Assembly (NCBI GenBank): GCA_963836185.1
Contig: CAWIIQ010000001.1
Coordinates: 1,760,001 to 1,824,000 of the forward strand
Reading direction: 5' to 3'
Source: Candidatus Krumholzibacteriia bacterium
GTDB taxonomy: Bacteria > Krumholzibacteriota > Krumholzibacteriia > Krumholzibacteriales > Krumholzibacteriaceae
Length of the DNA: 64,000 nt
The position numbers and the translations under genes were made by a program. The notes below the pieces were generated by a model. That model saw nothing but the letters and a program-made list of their open reading frames with translations. It ran no database searches and was not told the DNA's origin. The first letter of the stretch is position 1. The number at the start of each line of letters is the position of its first letter. Shown here piece by piece: positions 1 to 10,416 of this stretch.

Positions 1-1
1 C

Positions 2-1045
2 ATCTGGGTCCACGACTATCACCTTCTCGACACGGCGAGTGAACTCAAGAGAACGGGCACATCTACCAATATAGGATTCTTCCTTCATATCCCCTTCCCC
101 CCTCTCGATATCTTCGCCAAGCTCCCGTGGAGATCGGAGATCCTCCGCGCGATGCTGGACTATGACCTGATCGGCTTTCAGACTCTAAGAGACAGGCGTA
201 ATTTCATACAGTGCCTTCGTACCTTTGTAGAAGATATATCCATAGAGGGGAAAGGCCAGGTGCTCACAGCCAGGGCGGGCGACAGATCGATCAGGATAGG
301 CTACTTCCCGATAAGCATAGACTATAACGAATTCTCCCAGATGGCTGGATCGAAGGAAGTCGCGGACGCCGCCTGGTATATTCACGAGGACATCCCGAAG
401 GGCAAGATCATCCTTGGAGTCGACAGGCTGGACTACACAAAGGGCATCCTGTACAGACTCAGGGCATTCGAAAATTTCCTGATCAAACACCCGGAGCTGC
501 ACAGAAAGATAACCCTGATACAGGTAGTGGTCCCGAGCAGGCGTGACATACCCGTTTACGAAGAACTCAAGATCGAGATAGAGCGGATGGTCGGCGAGAT
601 AAACGGCAGGTTCACTCGTTCAGGCTGGGTGCCTATCCATTACATCTTCAGGTCACTGACCCGTCCAGAGCTGCTCGGATACTACAGAACGGCGGAGATC
701 GCGTTGATCACGCCGCTCAAGGACGGAATGAACCTTGTCGCGAAGGAATATTGCGCCTCCAACACTGAGCAGTCCGGTGTCTTGATACTCAGCGAGTTCG
801 CGGGCGCCGCTCCTCAGATGAAAAGAGGAGCGATCCTGGTAAATCCATATAATATCGAGGAGGTTTCCGAGGCGATATACAGTGCCTGGAAGATGGATCT
901 CCGTGAGCGCCGCACCAGGATGAAGAAGATGCAGAGCTCGGTCGCGAAGAACGATATATACTGGTGGGTGAATTCTTACCTCAACGCTTCGATAGCCGGG
1001 AACCTCGACGACTTCCCGACCGTCGGCTACATCGAGCCTCACTGA
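2..1045 (+). CDS. otsA: Trehalose-6-phosphate synthase (GT20), 5'-truncated by the window edge
   Basis: The frame is open from base 2 and reads IWVHDYHL...[10 protein letters not shown]. Downstream motifs [28 protein letters not shown] and VNPY are all present. Confidence 0.95.
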   Translation: MWVHDYHLLDTASELKRTGTSTNIGFFLHIPFPPLDIFAKLPWRSEILRAMLDYDLIGFQTLRDRRNFIQCLRTFVEDISIEGKGQVLTARAGDRSIRIGYFPISIDYNEFSQMAGSKEVADAAWYIHEDIPKGKIILGVDRLDYTKGILYRLRAFENFLIKHPELHRKITLIQVVVPSRRDIPVYEELKIEIERMVGEINGRFTRSGWVPIHYIFRSLTRPELLGYYRTAEIALITPLKDGMNLVAKEYCASNTEQSGVLILSEFAGAAPQMKRGAILVNPYNIEEVSEAIYSAWKMDLRERRTRMKKMQSSVAKNDIYWWVNSYLNASIAGNLDDFPTVGYIEPH

Positions 1046-1048
1046 CGA

Positions 1049-2149
1049 TCAGAGCAGTTCCCCGTAGACATCCTCCGTCTTCGCGACAGACATGGTAAGT
1101 GTAAAGCGGTCCTCATAGATCCGCCTTCCCGCTTCTCCCATGCTTCGCGTCATCGTCTCGTCGGCGGCGAGCCGCATAACAGCGTCAGCGAGGGACACTT
1201 CATCTCCCGGAGCCACCAGAATACCGCTGACTCCGTCTTCGACCTGTTCCGGGATACCGAATATGCCTGATGCCACTACTGGCCGGCCGGCCGCCATCGC
1301 CTCAAGTATGACGTAAGGGGTCGCCTCCATCAGGGACGGAACGACGAGTATGTCCGAGCGAGCTATCAGACCGGGCATGTCATCGACCCGGCCGAGAAGA
1401 GTCACTCTTCCGCCGGCTCCTGATGATTCGATCCTGGACTCGATCTCCCCGCGCAGAGGTCCTTCACCCGCGATAGACAGATGGATCCTTTCGGGCAGCC
1501 GTTCCATCGCGGAGAGAAGGAGCATTTGACCTTTTCTTTCTTCAAGCGCTCCCGCCACGAGCAGTTCGACCATATCGCCGCCAGCTTCTTTCCCTGCGCC
1601 ATTGAGCTCCGGATAGGGGATGCCGTTATAGACTACCCGTATTTTTTCCTGCGGCACCGCGTGCTGCTCGACAAGATGTTGCCTGTTGTCCTCGCTGACC
1701 GTTATGAACCTTGATACATGCGGCATATGGATCGCCCTTATGATCCTTGCCTTCGCGAAGGATCCGATCATCGGGAGATGCTCGGTCGTAACGATCCTCC
1801 CGTTACCGGCAAGTCTGGCCAGCGACGCGGGAAGTCCATAGGAGCAGTCGAACGGACCGGGCATGTTGATGTGGACTATGTCAGGACGAAGCCGCCTCAG
1901 AAGACCGGTGAAAAGTCTCGCGCCTGCGGCGGAAGCGAATGATCTCCCGTCCGTCGTTTCGCTCCGCACCCCTTTTTCCATGACGGCCGTCCGCAGCCGT
2001 TCAAGGCCGGGCGTGCCGGAGGTAACGAGGATCGGTTCATACCTTTCTCTGTCGAGCCCGCCCGCGAGCAGTTCGATATACTTCTCGGCTCCGCCGAAAT
2101 AAGCGGCGCCGGATATGAAAACGATTCTTCTGCGGCCGTCAACATTCAT
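1049..2149 (-). CDS. Glycosyltransferase family 4 (GT-B)
   Basis: N-terminal GGAE motif, RKG, and the EX7E motif (EATPYVILEAMAAG). Confidence 0.9.
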   Translation of the reverse strand: MNVDGRRRIVFISGAAYFGGAEKYIELLAGGLDRERYEPILVTSGTPGLERLRTAVMEKGVRSETTDGRSFASAAGARLFTGLLRRLRPDIVHINMPGPFDCSYGLPASLARLAGNGRIVTTEHLPMIGSFAKARIIRAIHMPHVSRFITVSEDNRQHLVEQHAVPQEKIRVVYNGIPYPELNGAGKEAGGDMVELLVAGALEERKGQMLLLSAMERLPERIHLSIAGEGPLRGEIESRIESSGAGGRVTLLGRVDDMPGLIARSDILVVPSLMEATPYVILEAMAAGRPVVASGIFGIPEQVEDGVSGILVAPGDEVSLADAVMRLAADETMTRSMGEAGRRIYEDRFTLTMSVAKTEDVYGELL

Positions 2150-2158
2150 ATCGGCAGT

Positions 2159-4732
2159 CTAATCTCTGATGGTTACTTTGCCGGCAATGTATCCGGCATA
2201 CGAATCCTCGTTGAGGAAATAATCCTTCAGCCACCTGTCGGGCAGGTATGCACGTCTCTTCGTCGAGATCCTTACCTCATAATCACCTTCAGCCATTCCC
2301 CGCGGAATCCTGACCAGGATCTTCTGCCTCTCCTTCTCGCCAGCGTTCCACATGTCCGGCTGCGCGCCGCCGGCGTCGATTCTCCCGGAGACTGTATACC
2401 GGTAGAGTTCTCCTCTCCTGCGCTCCACGCTTCTCCTGTACTGTTTGCCGTACCACTCCCTGTAGAAAGGCCCTTTGCTGAAATCAGTATCAAATCGCAC
2501 GGTCCAGTAGAAGGGCAGCCCGAAGCCCGCATTTTCATCGACCGTCCAGCATACAGTTATGACGGCGGTATCCCCCGGTTTGTAATCATCATCATCCATT
2601 GAAAATCCGGTGAGAACCATCCCCTCCCCGGCCGCTACATCCCGATCGCCCGAACAGGAGTCCGCCTCTGCCCGCGCGCCCCCTGAACCCGCGGGATGCG
2701 AGGCCTCGACAGCGAAGAGTATCATTGTCCCTTTCGAGCGGATCTCCCTCAGGAAGGGGTACATACCGAACCTGATCATGGATCGAAGCCCGGATTCCTG
2801 AGAGTTGACACCGAAGAAATCCTCTATCAGCGGAGGGGCTGTGTTGACAAACAGGTATTCAGCACCGCAGGCAAGAATGCGTTCCCTGACGACAGAATCA
2901 GGAAGCACAGGAGAAAAGATATCTCTCGACACCTTGACCCGCGTGATCGCTTCTGTATCAGCTGGAGAGCAGTGCTGGTCGAGTATCACGGTGACAAAAT
3001 GATCAGTGAACGCTGATATATCATAGCTTGATACCGGATCGGCGGCTATCACGGACCCCTCCGGGATGCCGGAGAGAAATTCATCGATCATCTCCGCCCT
3101 TCCCTCTTCACCATGACCGTTATTCATCAGGAGTGAAGATATCCTGCCTGAAAGTGATGCCGCGGACGGTCTCAGGAAGACACCAGCGAAAATGGCGAAC
3201 AGAAGAACTCCGGTGACCCGGATTCCCGCCCTTCGTTTCCAGCTTCCATCATCTTTTTCAAGCCGCCATCTCCCGGTCAGCGCGCCTCTTCCGGCGCCGA
3301 ATACGGCGATGGCGATAAATACCATCGCAGGCGCAGCGTAAAGCAGGCGGTAGTGCATGTAACCGGCCAGACTATCAAGTGGAGTCGCCGTCAATGGATT
3401 GAGCACGAGGAGGACCGGGAACGAGAATAGCACCCAGACGAGACGCGATCTCCTGTACCCCGACGCGATGACTGGAAAGATCGGCAGCACGATCACCGCG
3501 AACAGAAACGGGAATCCCATTCCGGAAATCAGTTCAGCCGGATCGATGACCCTCAGCCATGCGGTGATATTCATCATCCCCTGCGTATGAGTATGAATCA
3601 TGTTCGGGTGATCGGGAAAATTTATCAGCCTCGCCGCGAGAGGAAGGGCGACAGCCGCGGCGACGAGCGGTACGGCTCTCCAGAAACGGCCCATCCATTC
3701 CCCTCCCCAGCGAGGGACCGAAACGTAGATAAGCAGACCGAGCAGAAAGACCCCGAGAACGGGAGCGTACGAAAGATGTATCGCGGTTCCGGCCGCCGCT
3801 GTAAGAGCGACGATACCGAGATCTTTCCCTCTCTGCTCCCTGAGATACCTGATCATGAATCCAGCTGTTCCCCAGAACAGGATCTGCGCGATATTCCTGC
3901 TGTATGAGAGTTTTGTCAGCCAGACAAACCCATCGTCCCTGAAGAAAAGGAATAGAAAAAGAACTGACAGGGCTTTCACAGGAATCGACCCCGAAAGTTC
4001 CCCGGCAAAGAACCAGAATATCACGATGGCGAAGAAGGACAGGAAGGCGGGCATCATCGCCCAGAGGTCATGCGGTTCTGCGTCGGCCATCCAGGCCCAC
4101 AATGAGACCACGGGATGCCATATTCCCTTTCGCGGATCGAATGATATCCCGTCCCCGTCTATATGGAATGAGTTGCCCGGCAGCAAACCCCCTCCATCCA
4201 GGCTTCTTCTGATAAAGCTTATATGATCGGGAGCGTCCGTATTCACGCCGAGTTCTCCATTTCCGGCAAGTAACGCGGCGCATATTCCGAAGAGAAGGAC
4301 AAAGACGATCAGCATCGCCTTTTTTTCCCTCGCTGAATAGTCCTCCCTGCGGGAAAAGACTCCTATAAGATCGGCGGACTTTTCATCCTCTCTCTTTCCC
4401 GTGGCTATACCACGGTAAGCAAGGGCGATGATGATCGAAGCCGCATAAGCTACAGCGATAAAAGTATATGCTATCCCCGGAATGAAGCCGATGCAGACAA
4501 AGAGGCAGGCGTAGGATATTCCCGTCAGAAAGACCCGTGTAATTCCCTCGAAATCAGCCTTTGCCCCTCCAAACAGCAGGTCGGAATATAGGATGCCCGG
4601 TAGAATTATCAGAGTATAGAACGCAAGCGCTATCCCCGCGCTGTCGGGTCCAGGAAGTATCCTCAGGCCGGTGAGAAGTGACAGCAGTACAACCGTGATA
4701 TTTACGATCAGAAAAGTCGTTCGTCTGTTCAA
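2159..4732 (-). CDS. Large polytopic membrane protein with a C-terminal soluble domain; possible GT-C-type transferase or polymerase
   Basis: 857 aa with many hydrophobic segments over roughly the first 520 aa and an early loop motif (DAPDH). Lies directly downstream of the GT2 and EamA-type genes. Confidence 0.6.
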   Translation of the reverse strand: MNRRTTFLIVNITVVLLSLLTGLRILPGPDSAGIALAFYTLIILPGILYSDLLFGGAKADFEGITRVFLTGISYACLFVCIGFIPGIAYTFIAVAYAASIIIALAYRGIATGKREDEKSADLIGVFSRREDYSAREKKAMLIVFVLLFGICAALLAGNGELGVNTDAPDHISFIRRSLDGGGLLPGNSFHIDGDGISFDPRKGIWHPVVSLWAWMADAEPHDLWAMMPAFLSFFAIVIFWFFAGELSGSIPVKALSVLFLFLFFRDDGFVWLTKLSYSRNIAQILFWGTAGFMIRYLREQRGKDLGIVALTAAAGTAIHLSYAPVLGVFLLGLLIYVSVPRWGGEWMGRFWRAVPLVAAAVALPLAARLINFPDHPNMIHTHTQGMMNITAWLRVIDPAELISGMGFPFLFAVIVLPIFPVIASGYRRSRLVWVLFSFPVLLVLNPLTATPLDSLAGYMHYRLLYAAPAMVFIAIAVFGAGRGALTGRWRLEKDDGSWKRRAGIRVTGVLLFAIFAGVFLRPSAASLSGRISSLLMNNGHGEEGRAEMIDEFLSGIPEGSVIAADPVSSYDISAFTDHFVTVILDQHCSPADTEAITRVKVSRDIFSPVLPDSVVRERILACGAEYLFVNTAPPLIEDFFGVNSQESGLRSMIRFGMYPFLREIRSKGTMILFAVEASHPAGSGGARAEADSCSGDRDVAAGEGMVLTGFSMDDDDYKPGDTAVITVCWTVDENAGFGLPFYWTVRFDTDFSKGPFYREWYGKQYRRSVERRRGELYRYTVSGRIDAGGAQPDMWNAGEKERQKILVRIPRGMAEGDYEVRISTKRRAYLPDRWLKDYFLNEDSYAGYIAGKVTIRD

Positions 4733-4746
4733 GGACCGCTGCCCCC

Positions 4747-5121
4747 CTACTGACCGGAGAATGTCCGGCCCACGAGGAATACACCGAGGCAGATCACGAG
4801 GATGCCGATAAACCGCTGGATCGAGAAAGACTCACCGAGCAACATGGGCGAGAAGATGGCGGTCAGAACGTATGAGAGGCTGACCATGGGAAAGGCCCAG
4901 CTCAATTCAGCGCGGGAAAGCAGGACTATCCAGAGCGCGGCGCTGATGGCATAGGCGGAGAACCCCCCGATAACGTAGCCTGAAGTAGCGACCCGGGGAA
5001 GGAACTCGAAGAATCTCGACAGATCTATCTTTCCTATCTTGTTTATCCCCGCTTTCATCATGAACTGTCCCGTGGTGTTCAGGCAGACTGTCACGAGTAT
5101 CAGGAGCAGGTTCTTCAGCAT
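4747..5121 (-). CDS. Small EamA/SMR-family membrane protein (ArnE/ArnF-like lipid-carrier flippase subunit)
   Basis: 124 aa, four hydrophobic helices, LSRAELSWAFPMVSLSYV...LLGE pattern. Confidence 0.8.
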   Translation of the reverse strand: MLKNLLLILVTVCLNTTGQFMMKAGINKIGKIDLSRFFEFLPRVATSGYVIGGFSAYAISAALWIVLLSRAELSWAFPMVSLSYVLTAIFSPMLLGESFSIQRFIGILVICLGVFLVGRTFSGQ

Positions 5122-5132
5122 TTTGACCTTTC

Positions 5133-5816
5133 CTATTTCTTCAACGGCGTGAAACGCAGTTTTACCAGGTACATCAGGTTCTCAAAACCGTCTTTCCACT
5201 TGTTCAGTTTTACCTCTCCCACCCTCGGGTGATAGTTCACGTTATACTCATCGAACCTTATCTCCGGATGCCTGATCGCGTTTATCTTTATCTCTTCACT
5301 TAAAGGCATACCATCGCTCTTCAGCTGGAGTTTCGGGTAGATCTCGCTCTTATAGATCCACATCCCTGACTGAGAGTCCCTGATACCCCGCATGAACAGG
5401 ATCAGGGTCGCCATGGTCAGCACACCGTTCCCGACCTTGTTGGTGAAATTCATCGCTTTCGGATCCTTCAGCGGGAACCTCGAAGCGTTCACGAAATCAA
5501 GGCCGTTATCGAGAAGATAATCGATACATTCCTCGATCTGCTCGACTGCATAGGTCCCGTCCCCATCCATCGTTATCGTAATATCACCCGTGACCGCGGG
5601 CAACCCCGCCTTATACGCCGCTCCATACCCCTTCCTCTTCTCGAAGACGACCCTCGCGCCTTTCTCCTCAGCTACCTGAGCAGTACGGTCAGTAGAGTTG
5701 TTATCAACGACTACGACTTCGTCGATCGACGCTGGAAGCGAGTCGATGACCAGGGCGACTCCCACTTCCTCGTTGAAACAGGGGATCACTACGGATATCT
5801 TCTTGTCACGGTACAT
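5133..5816 (-). CDS. GT2, polyprenol-phosphate glycosyltransferase (DPM1/ArnC-like)
   Basis: Motifs VVIPCFNEE, VVDNNSTD, GYGAA, MDGDG, DSQSG and RVGEVKL. Confidence 0.9.
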   Translation of the reverse strand: MYRDKKISVVIPCFNEEVGVALVIDSLPASIDEVVVVDNNSTDRTAQVAEEKGARVVFEKRKGYGAAYKAGLPAVTGDITITMDGDGTYAVEQIEECIDYLLDNGLDFVNASRFPLKDPKAMNFTNKVGNGVLTMATLILFMRGIRDSQSGMWIYKSEIYPKLQLKSDGMPLSEEIKINAIRHPEIRFDEYNVNYHPRVGEVKLNKWKDGFENLMYLVKLRFTPLKK

Positions 5817-5829
5817 GATTTTTCCTTCT

Positions 5830-7332
5830 TCAGAGTATGGATACGATCTTTTCCTTCAGAGGGATCGGAAGCCTCATGAGGAGGGCCTTCTCCCTTTCGC
5901 CAAACAACCTCAGGAGTTTTACTCCCGCCAGCAGCAAGAATACACCGATCAGCATCTGAGCGGCAAGCGCGATGGGAGAATCCCATCTTGAAGCGCTGAT
6001 CCCCAGCAGAGCGGTCGGTAAAGCAGCGAGATAACACCGGGCAATAAAACCTGCCGGTATCGACAGGCTGGAATCGAATCTTCCTGCGACCATCCTGAAT
6101 ATAACGATGGCAAGCAGCATGATCGCTGCTACGGGGAAAAACGCCCCCCATAACCCGAATCTGGGGATAAATGCAAGATCCAGACCGACATTGACGATGG
6201 CGAGGGCGATGAATACAAGCATGTTGACCCAGCTCTTCTCCATGACATACAGGGCCATGCTAAGTGGAGTATAGAGAAAGGAATACGAGAAGACAACGAA
6301 AAACAGCCTTGTCATTTCGGCCGCCGGCGCCATCCCTGACCCGAAAAGAAGGGGTACGAGCGGCCCGGAAAAAGCGAATCCCATAGCCGCTACAGGCACT
6401 ACGAGAAGAAAGAGAAGGCGGAAATAGATATCTACCGCTTCGGCGAGTTTCCCCGGATCCCTTGTGTAGGCCTCCGATATCCCGGCCATGACTATCGGCC
6501 ATATCGACAGGGGGATGAACTCGAGGGCCATCTGAGGGATCCTGTAGGCCAGGCCGAAATGGCCTGCTGCCTCCATTCCTGTGAAATGGCCGAGAAACAG
6601 GACCTCAGAATGCCTCCAGACGATCTGGTTCAGGATCCCGGTAGCTACGAAAGGAATTGAATATCTGAGCATCCTCGCTGCTCCGGGCCCGGGAGAGTCA
6701 TCCATCGGCGCCCTTCGAGTGAGTTCCACCAGATCGGGAAGCAGAAGCAGGATCATTACCAGATTGACGGCTCCACCCGCGGCAAGTACACCGGCGACAC
6801 CGGTTCCTGCCTTCATAAGAAGGATTAATAGAACTACGTATAATACGTTACCTACAACCATTACGAGAGCGAGTCGCTTTGTCTCGTACCACGACTGAAG
6901 GGCATTCATCGTCAGGGTCATCCCTGCTTCGAAGAGAACAAGCCCGACAGCGATAATGACATACCTTCCGAAGACTGACGGGTCCTGATGGAAAAGAGAA
7001 GCGAGCCAGTCTCCCGATAGATACACCGTGACCGACAGGACCGCCCATACGGAGACCTGGAGCACTGCCAGCCTTCCGATGTTGGAGAGAAGGGCCCTCA
7101 TGCCGCCCTTGATCCTCACTTCGGGGATATACCTCAATAATATCTTTTCACCACCGAGCATCACCAGGACAAGAGCGAACGACGTGATCGTCCTGAGGAC
7201 ATTGAGTACTCCCCAGTCATGCTCACCGAGTGAGCGTACGATGACGATATATGAAAGGGGCATGGCTACAAAGCGGGCGACCTTGGCCACGACACTCCAG
7301 GACATCGCATTTCCAGCCTTCTCCACTATCAT
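5830..7332 (-). CDS. wzx: Wzx-type oligosaccharide flippase (MOP superfamily)
   Basis: 500 aa with about 12-14 TM segments; typical flippase layout inside a polysaccharide locus. Confidence 0.8.
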   Translation of the reverse strand: MIVEKAGNAMSWSVVAKVARFVAMPLSYIVIVRSLGEHDWGVLNVLRTITSFALVLVMLGGEKILLRYIPEVRIKGGMRALLSNIGRLAVLQVSVWAVLSVTVYLSGDWLASLFHQDPSVFGRYVIIAVGLVLFEAGMTLTMNALQSWYETKRLALVMVVGNVLYVVLLILLMKAGTGVAGVLAAGGAVNLVMILLLLPDLVELTRRAPMDDSPGPGAARMLRYSIPFVATGILNQIVWRHSEVLFLGHFTGMEAAGHFGLAYRIPQMALEFIPLSIWPIVMAGISEAYTRDPGKLAEAVDIYFRLLFLLVVPVAAMGFAFSGPLVPLLFGSGMAPAAEMTRLFFVVFSYSFLYTPLSMALYVMEKSWVNMLVFIALAIVNVGLDLAFIPRFGLWGAFFPVAAIMLLAIVIFRMVAGRFDSSLSIPAGFIARCYLAALPTALLGISASRWDSPIALAAQMLIGVFLLLAGVKLLRLFGEREKALLMRLPIPLKEKIVSIL

Positions 7333-8471
7333 CGCTTGCTCTCACCACCCCTGAATCCCGGCAGCAGGAATCCGGCGATAGCGTCTACCGAAGCCTCTTC
7401 CCCTTCGAACTCCTCATTTGAAAACATGACGCTGTCCATGCATGGAGAATCGGGGTGATACCCGTGCATCCCCTTGACCGGAGCGCTTCCCATGTAGCTG
7501 GGCAGTATGATCGTCCCCGGATCGCAGAGGAAGACGATGTCTCCGTACTCATCTCCCTGAAAAGAGACGCCGAGTGACTTGAGTTCATCAGCATCCAGCA
7601 GTCTTCCGCCGGATGTTCCTTCCAGCACCTCTCGTAGAATAGCTTCCGCCCTTTTGCCGCGGACCTTGAAACGGGCCATTGTCGAATCGTAGAAGGGAAT
7701 GATATCCCCCGGTATCCTCAGGTCCGCCGCTTCGACCGCTCCCATCACATCGATATGAGCGGTAACGTCGCACATGCCGTGATCTCCCAGTACCGCAAAC
7801 CTCACATCGGGGAATCTCGAAACGATCGAATCGATCCTCCTGCTGTAGCGTGCAAGCCTTGCCCCTATCTCCCGATCCATCGAGCCGTACCTGTGGAGAT
7901 CCGAATCGAGCCCGGCAGTATAAACGAGATGAAAGAGTGCCCCGCCCGATTCAAGAGCTGATTCCAGGTCATCAAATGCCTGCTCCTCCGGCGTATTGTA
8001 ATCCCTTATGAAGACGCCCCCCTCATCAAATGCATGATCGATGATGCTGCGCCTTTTTCCGCCGCCGGACTGATCGAATATCGATCTCCGGGCGGGAAGT
8101 TCGAGGTGCTCGAGGACTTCTCCGGGAATTTCGTAAAGACTGTAGTAAGCGGATATCCTGTCGACCCTCGACAGCTTCCACCTGAGCAGATCGCGGACCC
8201 ACAGCCTGTCCGGGCCTCCGAACGGCCTGAGTCCACGAAGAATATTAAAAGGAGATCTGCCGGAAGCGAATGAATACATCATCCACAGCCCGTGTTCATC
8301 CGGAACGCTTCCCGTAAGTATCGACGTGAGGGCCGCCTGGCTGAAGCCGAGGACCGTCCTGAGACTGGTCCTGTCCGGCAGGGTTTCCGGCCTGAAACCG
8401 TGCCGTTCTGCCATCTCACTTCCGAGAGCATCGATAATAATAATGGCCGTTCTCTTACTCAAGCCTGTCAT
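7329..8471 (-). CDS. Alkaline-phosphatase-superfamily protein (type I phosphodiesterase / nucleotide pyrophosphatase-like)
   Basis: Metal-ligand motifs IIIDALG, DSDLH, GDHGM and GMHGY. No signal peptide evident. Confidence 0.85.
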   Translation of the reverse strand: MTGLSKRTAIIIIDALGSEMAERHGFRPETLPDRTSLRTVLGFSQAALTSILTGSVPDEHGLWMMYSFASGRSPFNILRGLRPFGGPDRLWVRDLLRWKLSRVDRISAYYSLYEIPGEVLEHLELPARRSIFDQSGGGKRRSIIDHAFDEGGVFIRDYNTPEEQAFDDLESALESGGALFHLVYTAGLDSDLHRYGSMDREIGARLARYSRRIDSIVSRFPDVRFAVLGDHGMCDVTAHIDVMGAVEAADLRIPGDIIPFYDSTMARFKVRGKRAEAILREVLEGTSGGRLLDADELKSLGVSFQGDEYGDIVFLCDPGTIILPSYMGSAPVKGMHGYHPDSPCMDSVMFSNEEFEGEEASVDAIAGFLLPGFRGGESKR

Positions 8472-9633
8472 CCTCCCTGCCCGTCACAAGGCGCCGCCAT
8501 TCAGCCTCGGTGATGGAAGCCGCATCCTCCCAGGATCCTCCGCCGTGAGGATAGCCCCCCGGCGCAGACCCTATATCGCTGCTCGTTCCATCATTCACTG
8601 CGTGCCTGATCAGGTTGACCGAAGCTTCCCTGACCCGCTCTCCGGGCTCCTGTCCCGAAAGCAGCCCCTCAGCAAGGAGCCTCAATCTGCCGCTGCCTCT
8701 TCTGTCTGGTGCGGCATTTTTCCAGAGCCTCAAAAGATCCAGCGGCCGCCGCTTAGGGCTGCGTCGGCCATATACGTTATTATTCCGCGCGATCGTGTCC
8801 CTTGCCTCGAGCAAATCGGCAGCGGCTTTAGACCATACCATCGCTGCCTGTTCCTTACCCGTCCAGACCTTCCCTGCGTCAGGATCGACCTTGAACCTGG
8901 TCCACATCGCAGCTTCAGCAGCGAAAGCGTCGCCGAGTTCTTCGCGTATTTCCGATGATTCAGGAGAGGCAAGAAACTCAGCCCTGGCCCTGTAACCGGA
9001 ACGGTAGATCCCTCCGGCACACAGGGCAGCTGTAACGATATCTGTATACACGCGTGATACTCCATATAAAAATCTGTACAGCGGCCTGCCTGCAGGACTG
9101 TCCGTTGCGGGCCGGACGCCGAGGAACGCAGCCATCCTGTTCTCGAGAAGTTTCAGGGCCTCAGCGGCACCTATTTCACTTCTGTCGAAAGATGGAAAGC
9201 GGCGCCGGATTTCATCCTCACCGTGCAGCAGCAGCCCCGTCTCTCTCATATCGAAGATTCCGGGCGAATGCGGAAGCCCGGCGAGTTCATCGCGGGTCAT
9301 CACACCGACGTCTATCGTGCTTTCGAAAACAGCGTCCGGAAGAAGGGCCTCGCACGCTCTTCCTATCTCTGACTTTCGTGGATAAAGCAGGGCATGAGTC
9401 GCGGGGGAAGAGACGACCAGAAGAAGATCTATGTCCGAGAGAAAGACAGGTGCGCCGCCGAGGATCACGACGCTTCCCTCTGATGACGCGAAGCTGCCGG
9501 CAAGGAAAAGCCCAGCGACGTTCCCTGCCCCTGCTTCCTCCACGATCAGATCGCGGCACTGTTCGATGAATCCGGGAAAGGTGTCTGTATACCAGGATCC
9601 GATAGCGCTGTCTTCGCGGCTTTCGCCCTGCAC
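8455..9633 (-). CDS. Pol-beta-superfamily nucleotidyltransferase-like protein with a helical C-terminal region
   Basis: LAGSFASSEG...LSDIDL (hGS..DxD) plus a third acidic residue in IDVGV. Confidence 0.65.
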   Translation of the reverse strand: MQGESREDSAIGSWYTDTFPGFIEQCRDLIVEEAGAGNVAGLFLAGSFASSEGSVVILGGAPVFLSDIDLLLVVSSPATHALLYPRKSEIGRACEALLPDAVFESTIDVGVMTRDELAGLPHSPGIFDMRETGLLLHGEDEIRRRFPSFDRSEIGAAEALKLLENRMAAFLGVRPATDSPAGRPLYRFLYGVSRVYTDIVTAALCAGGIYRSGYRARAEFLASPESSEIREELGDAFAAEAAMWTRFKVDPDAGKVWTGKEQAAMVWSKAAADLLEARDTIARNNNVYGRRSPKRRPLDLLRLWKNAAPDRRGSGRLRLLAEGLLSGQEPGERVREASVNLIRHAVNDGTSSDIGSAPGGYPHGGGSWEDAASITEAEWRRLVTGREDDRLE

Positions 9634-10398
9634 TTATACCCGCCTGTATATGAACTCGGGGATATAGTATTTCTTTCTGTTGAGCACGGTCCCGAGAAAC
9701 TTTCCTCCGAGTTTCTCGATAGTCATCATCGCTCGCTTGATAACTTCGCGCTTCGTCCTGCCGGACTGCACAACGATAACGGTACCTGTCGCAAATGAAC
9801 CGATGATCGGCGTCTCGGGCGCTTCAAGGATGGCGGAGGTATCGATCAGGACGTAATCGTACATCTCCCGTGTTGCCCGGATGAAGGTAGCCATTTTCTC
9901 CGAATTGAAAAGCGGCTGTGTTATATCCGCTCCCCTCCTCGGCCCCGTAGTGACAACGTCGAGAAAACCATCATCGACAGCATTGATGACCTCTTCGAGA
10001 GGAGCTGATCCGGCAAGATAGTCGAGTAATCCTTTTTCGTTATTCAACCCGAAGAGAGTATGCAGTTCGGGATTGACAACGGCGCAGTCGACGAGCAGAA
10101 CACGGTCGGCCTCGCTCAACGCGAGCATCCGTGCCAGAAAAGCGGTGATCGTCGTCTTGCCTTCCCCTGCTATCGCTGAGGTAAACATGATCACCCTGAA
10201 ATCGCTGTTCTTCAGTTCCGAGTCGATCGAATTCCTCAAGGTCATCAGTCCGCGCCTGAAATTCTCCTCGACGCCGTGGAGGAACTTGCTTTCGACTTCC
10301 TCTCCCCCATCACGCCGGGCGCGGACCTCTCCCTTTCTTCGGTGAGGTCCCGATTTTTTCATCTCAGCTTTTCTGAGCGCGTCGAAGATCTTGCTCAA
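9634..10398 (-). CDS. CpsD/CapB-family (BY-kinase-like) polysaccharide chain-regulation ATPase
   Basis: MSKIFDALRKAE N-terminus, TSAIAGEGKT Walker A, GTVLNR and a Tyr-containing tail. Confidence 0.85.
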   Translation of the reverse strand: MSKIFDALRKAEMKKSGPHRRKGEVRARRDGGEEVESKFLHGVEENFRRGLMTLRNSIDSELKNSDFRVIMFTSAIAGEGKTTITAFLARMLALSEADRVLLVDCAVVNPELHTLFGLNNEKGLLDYLAGSAPLEEVINAVDDGFLDVVTTGPRRGADITQPLFNSEKMATFIRATREMYDYVLIDTSAILEAPETPIIGSFATGTVIVVQSGRTKREVIKRAMMTIEKLGGKFLGTVLNRKKYYIPEFIYRRV

Positions 10399-10416
10399 AT
10401 CGATCTCCCTCCAGGA

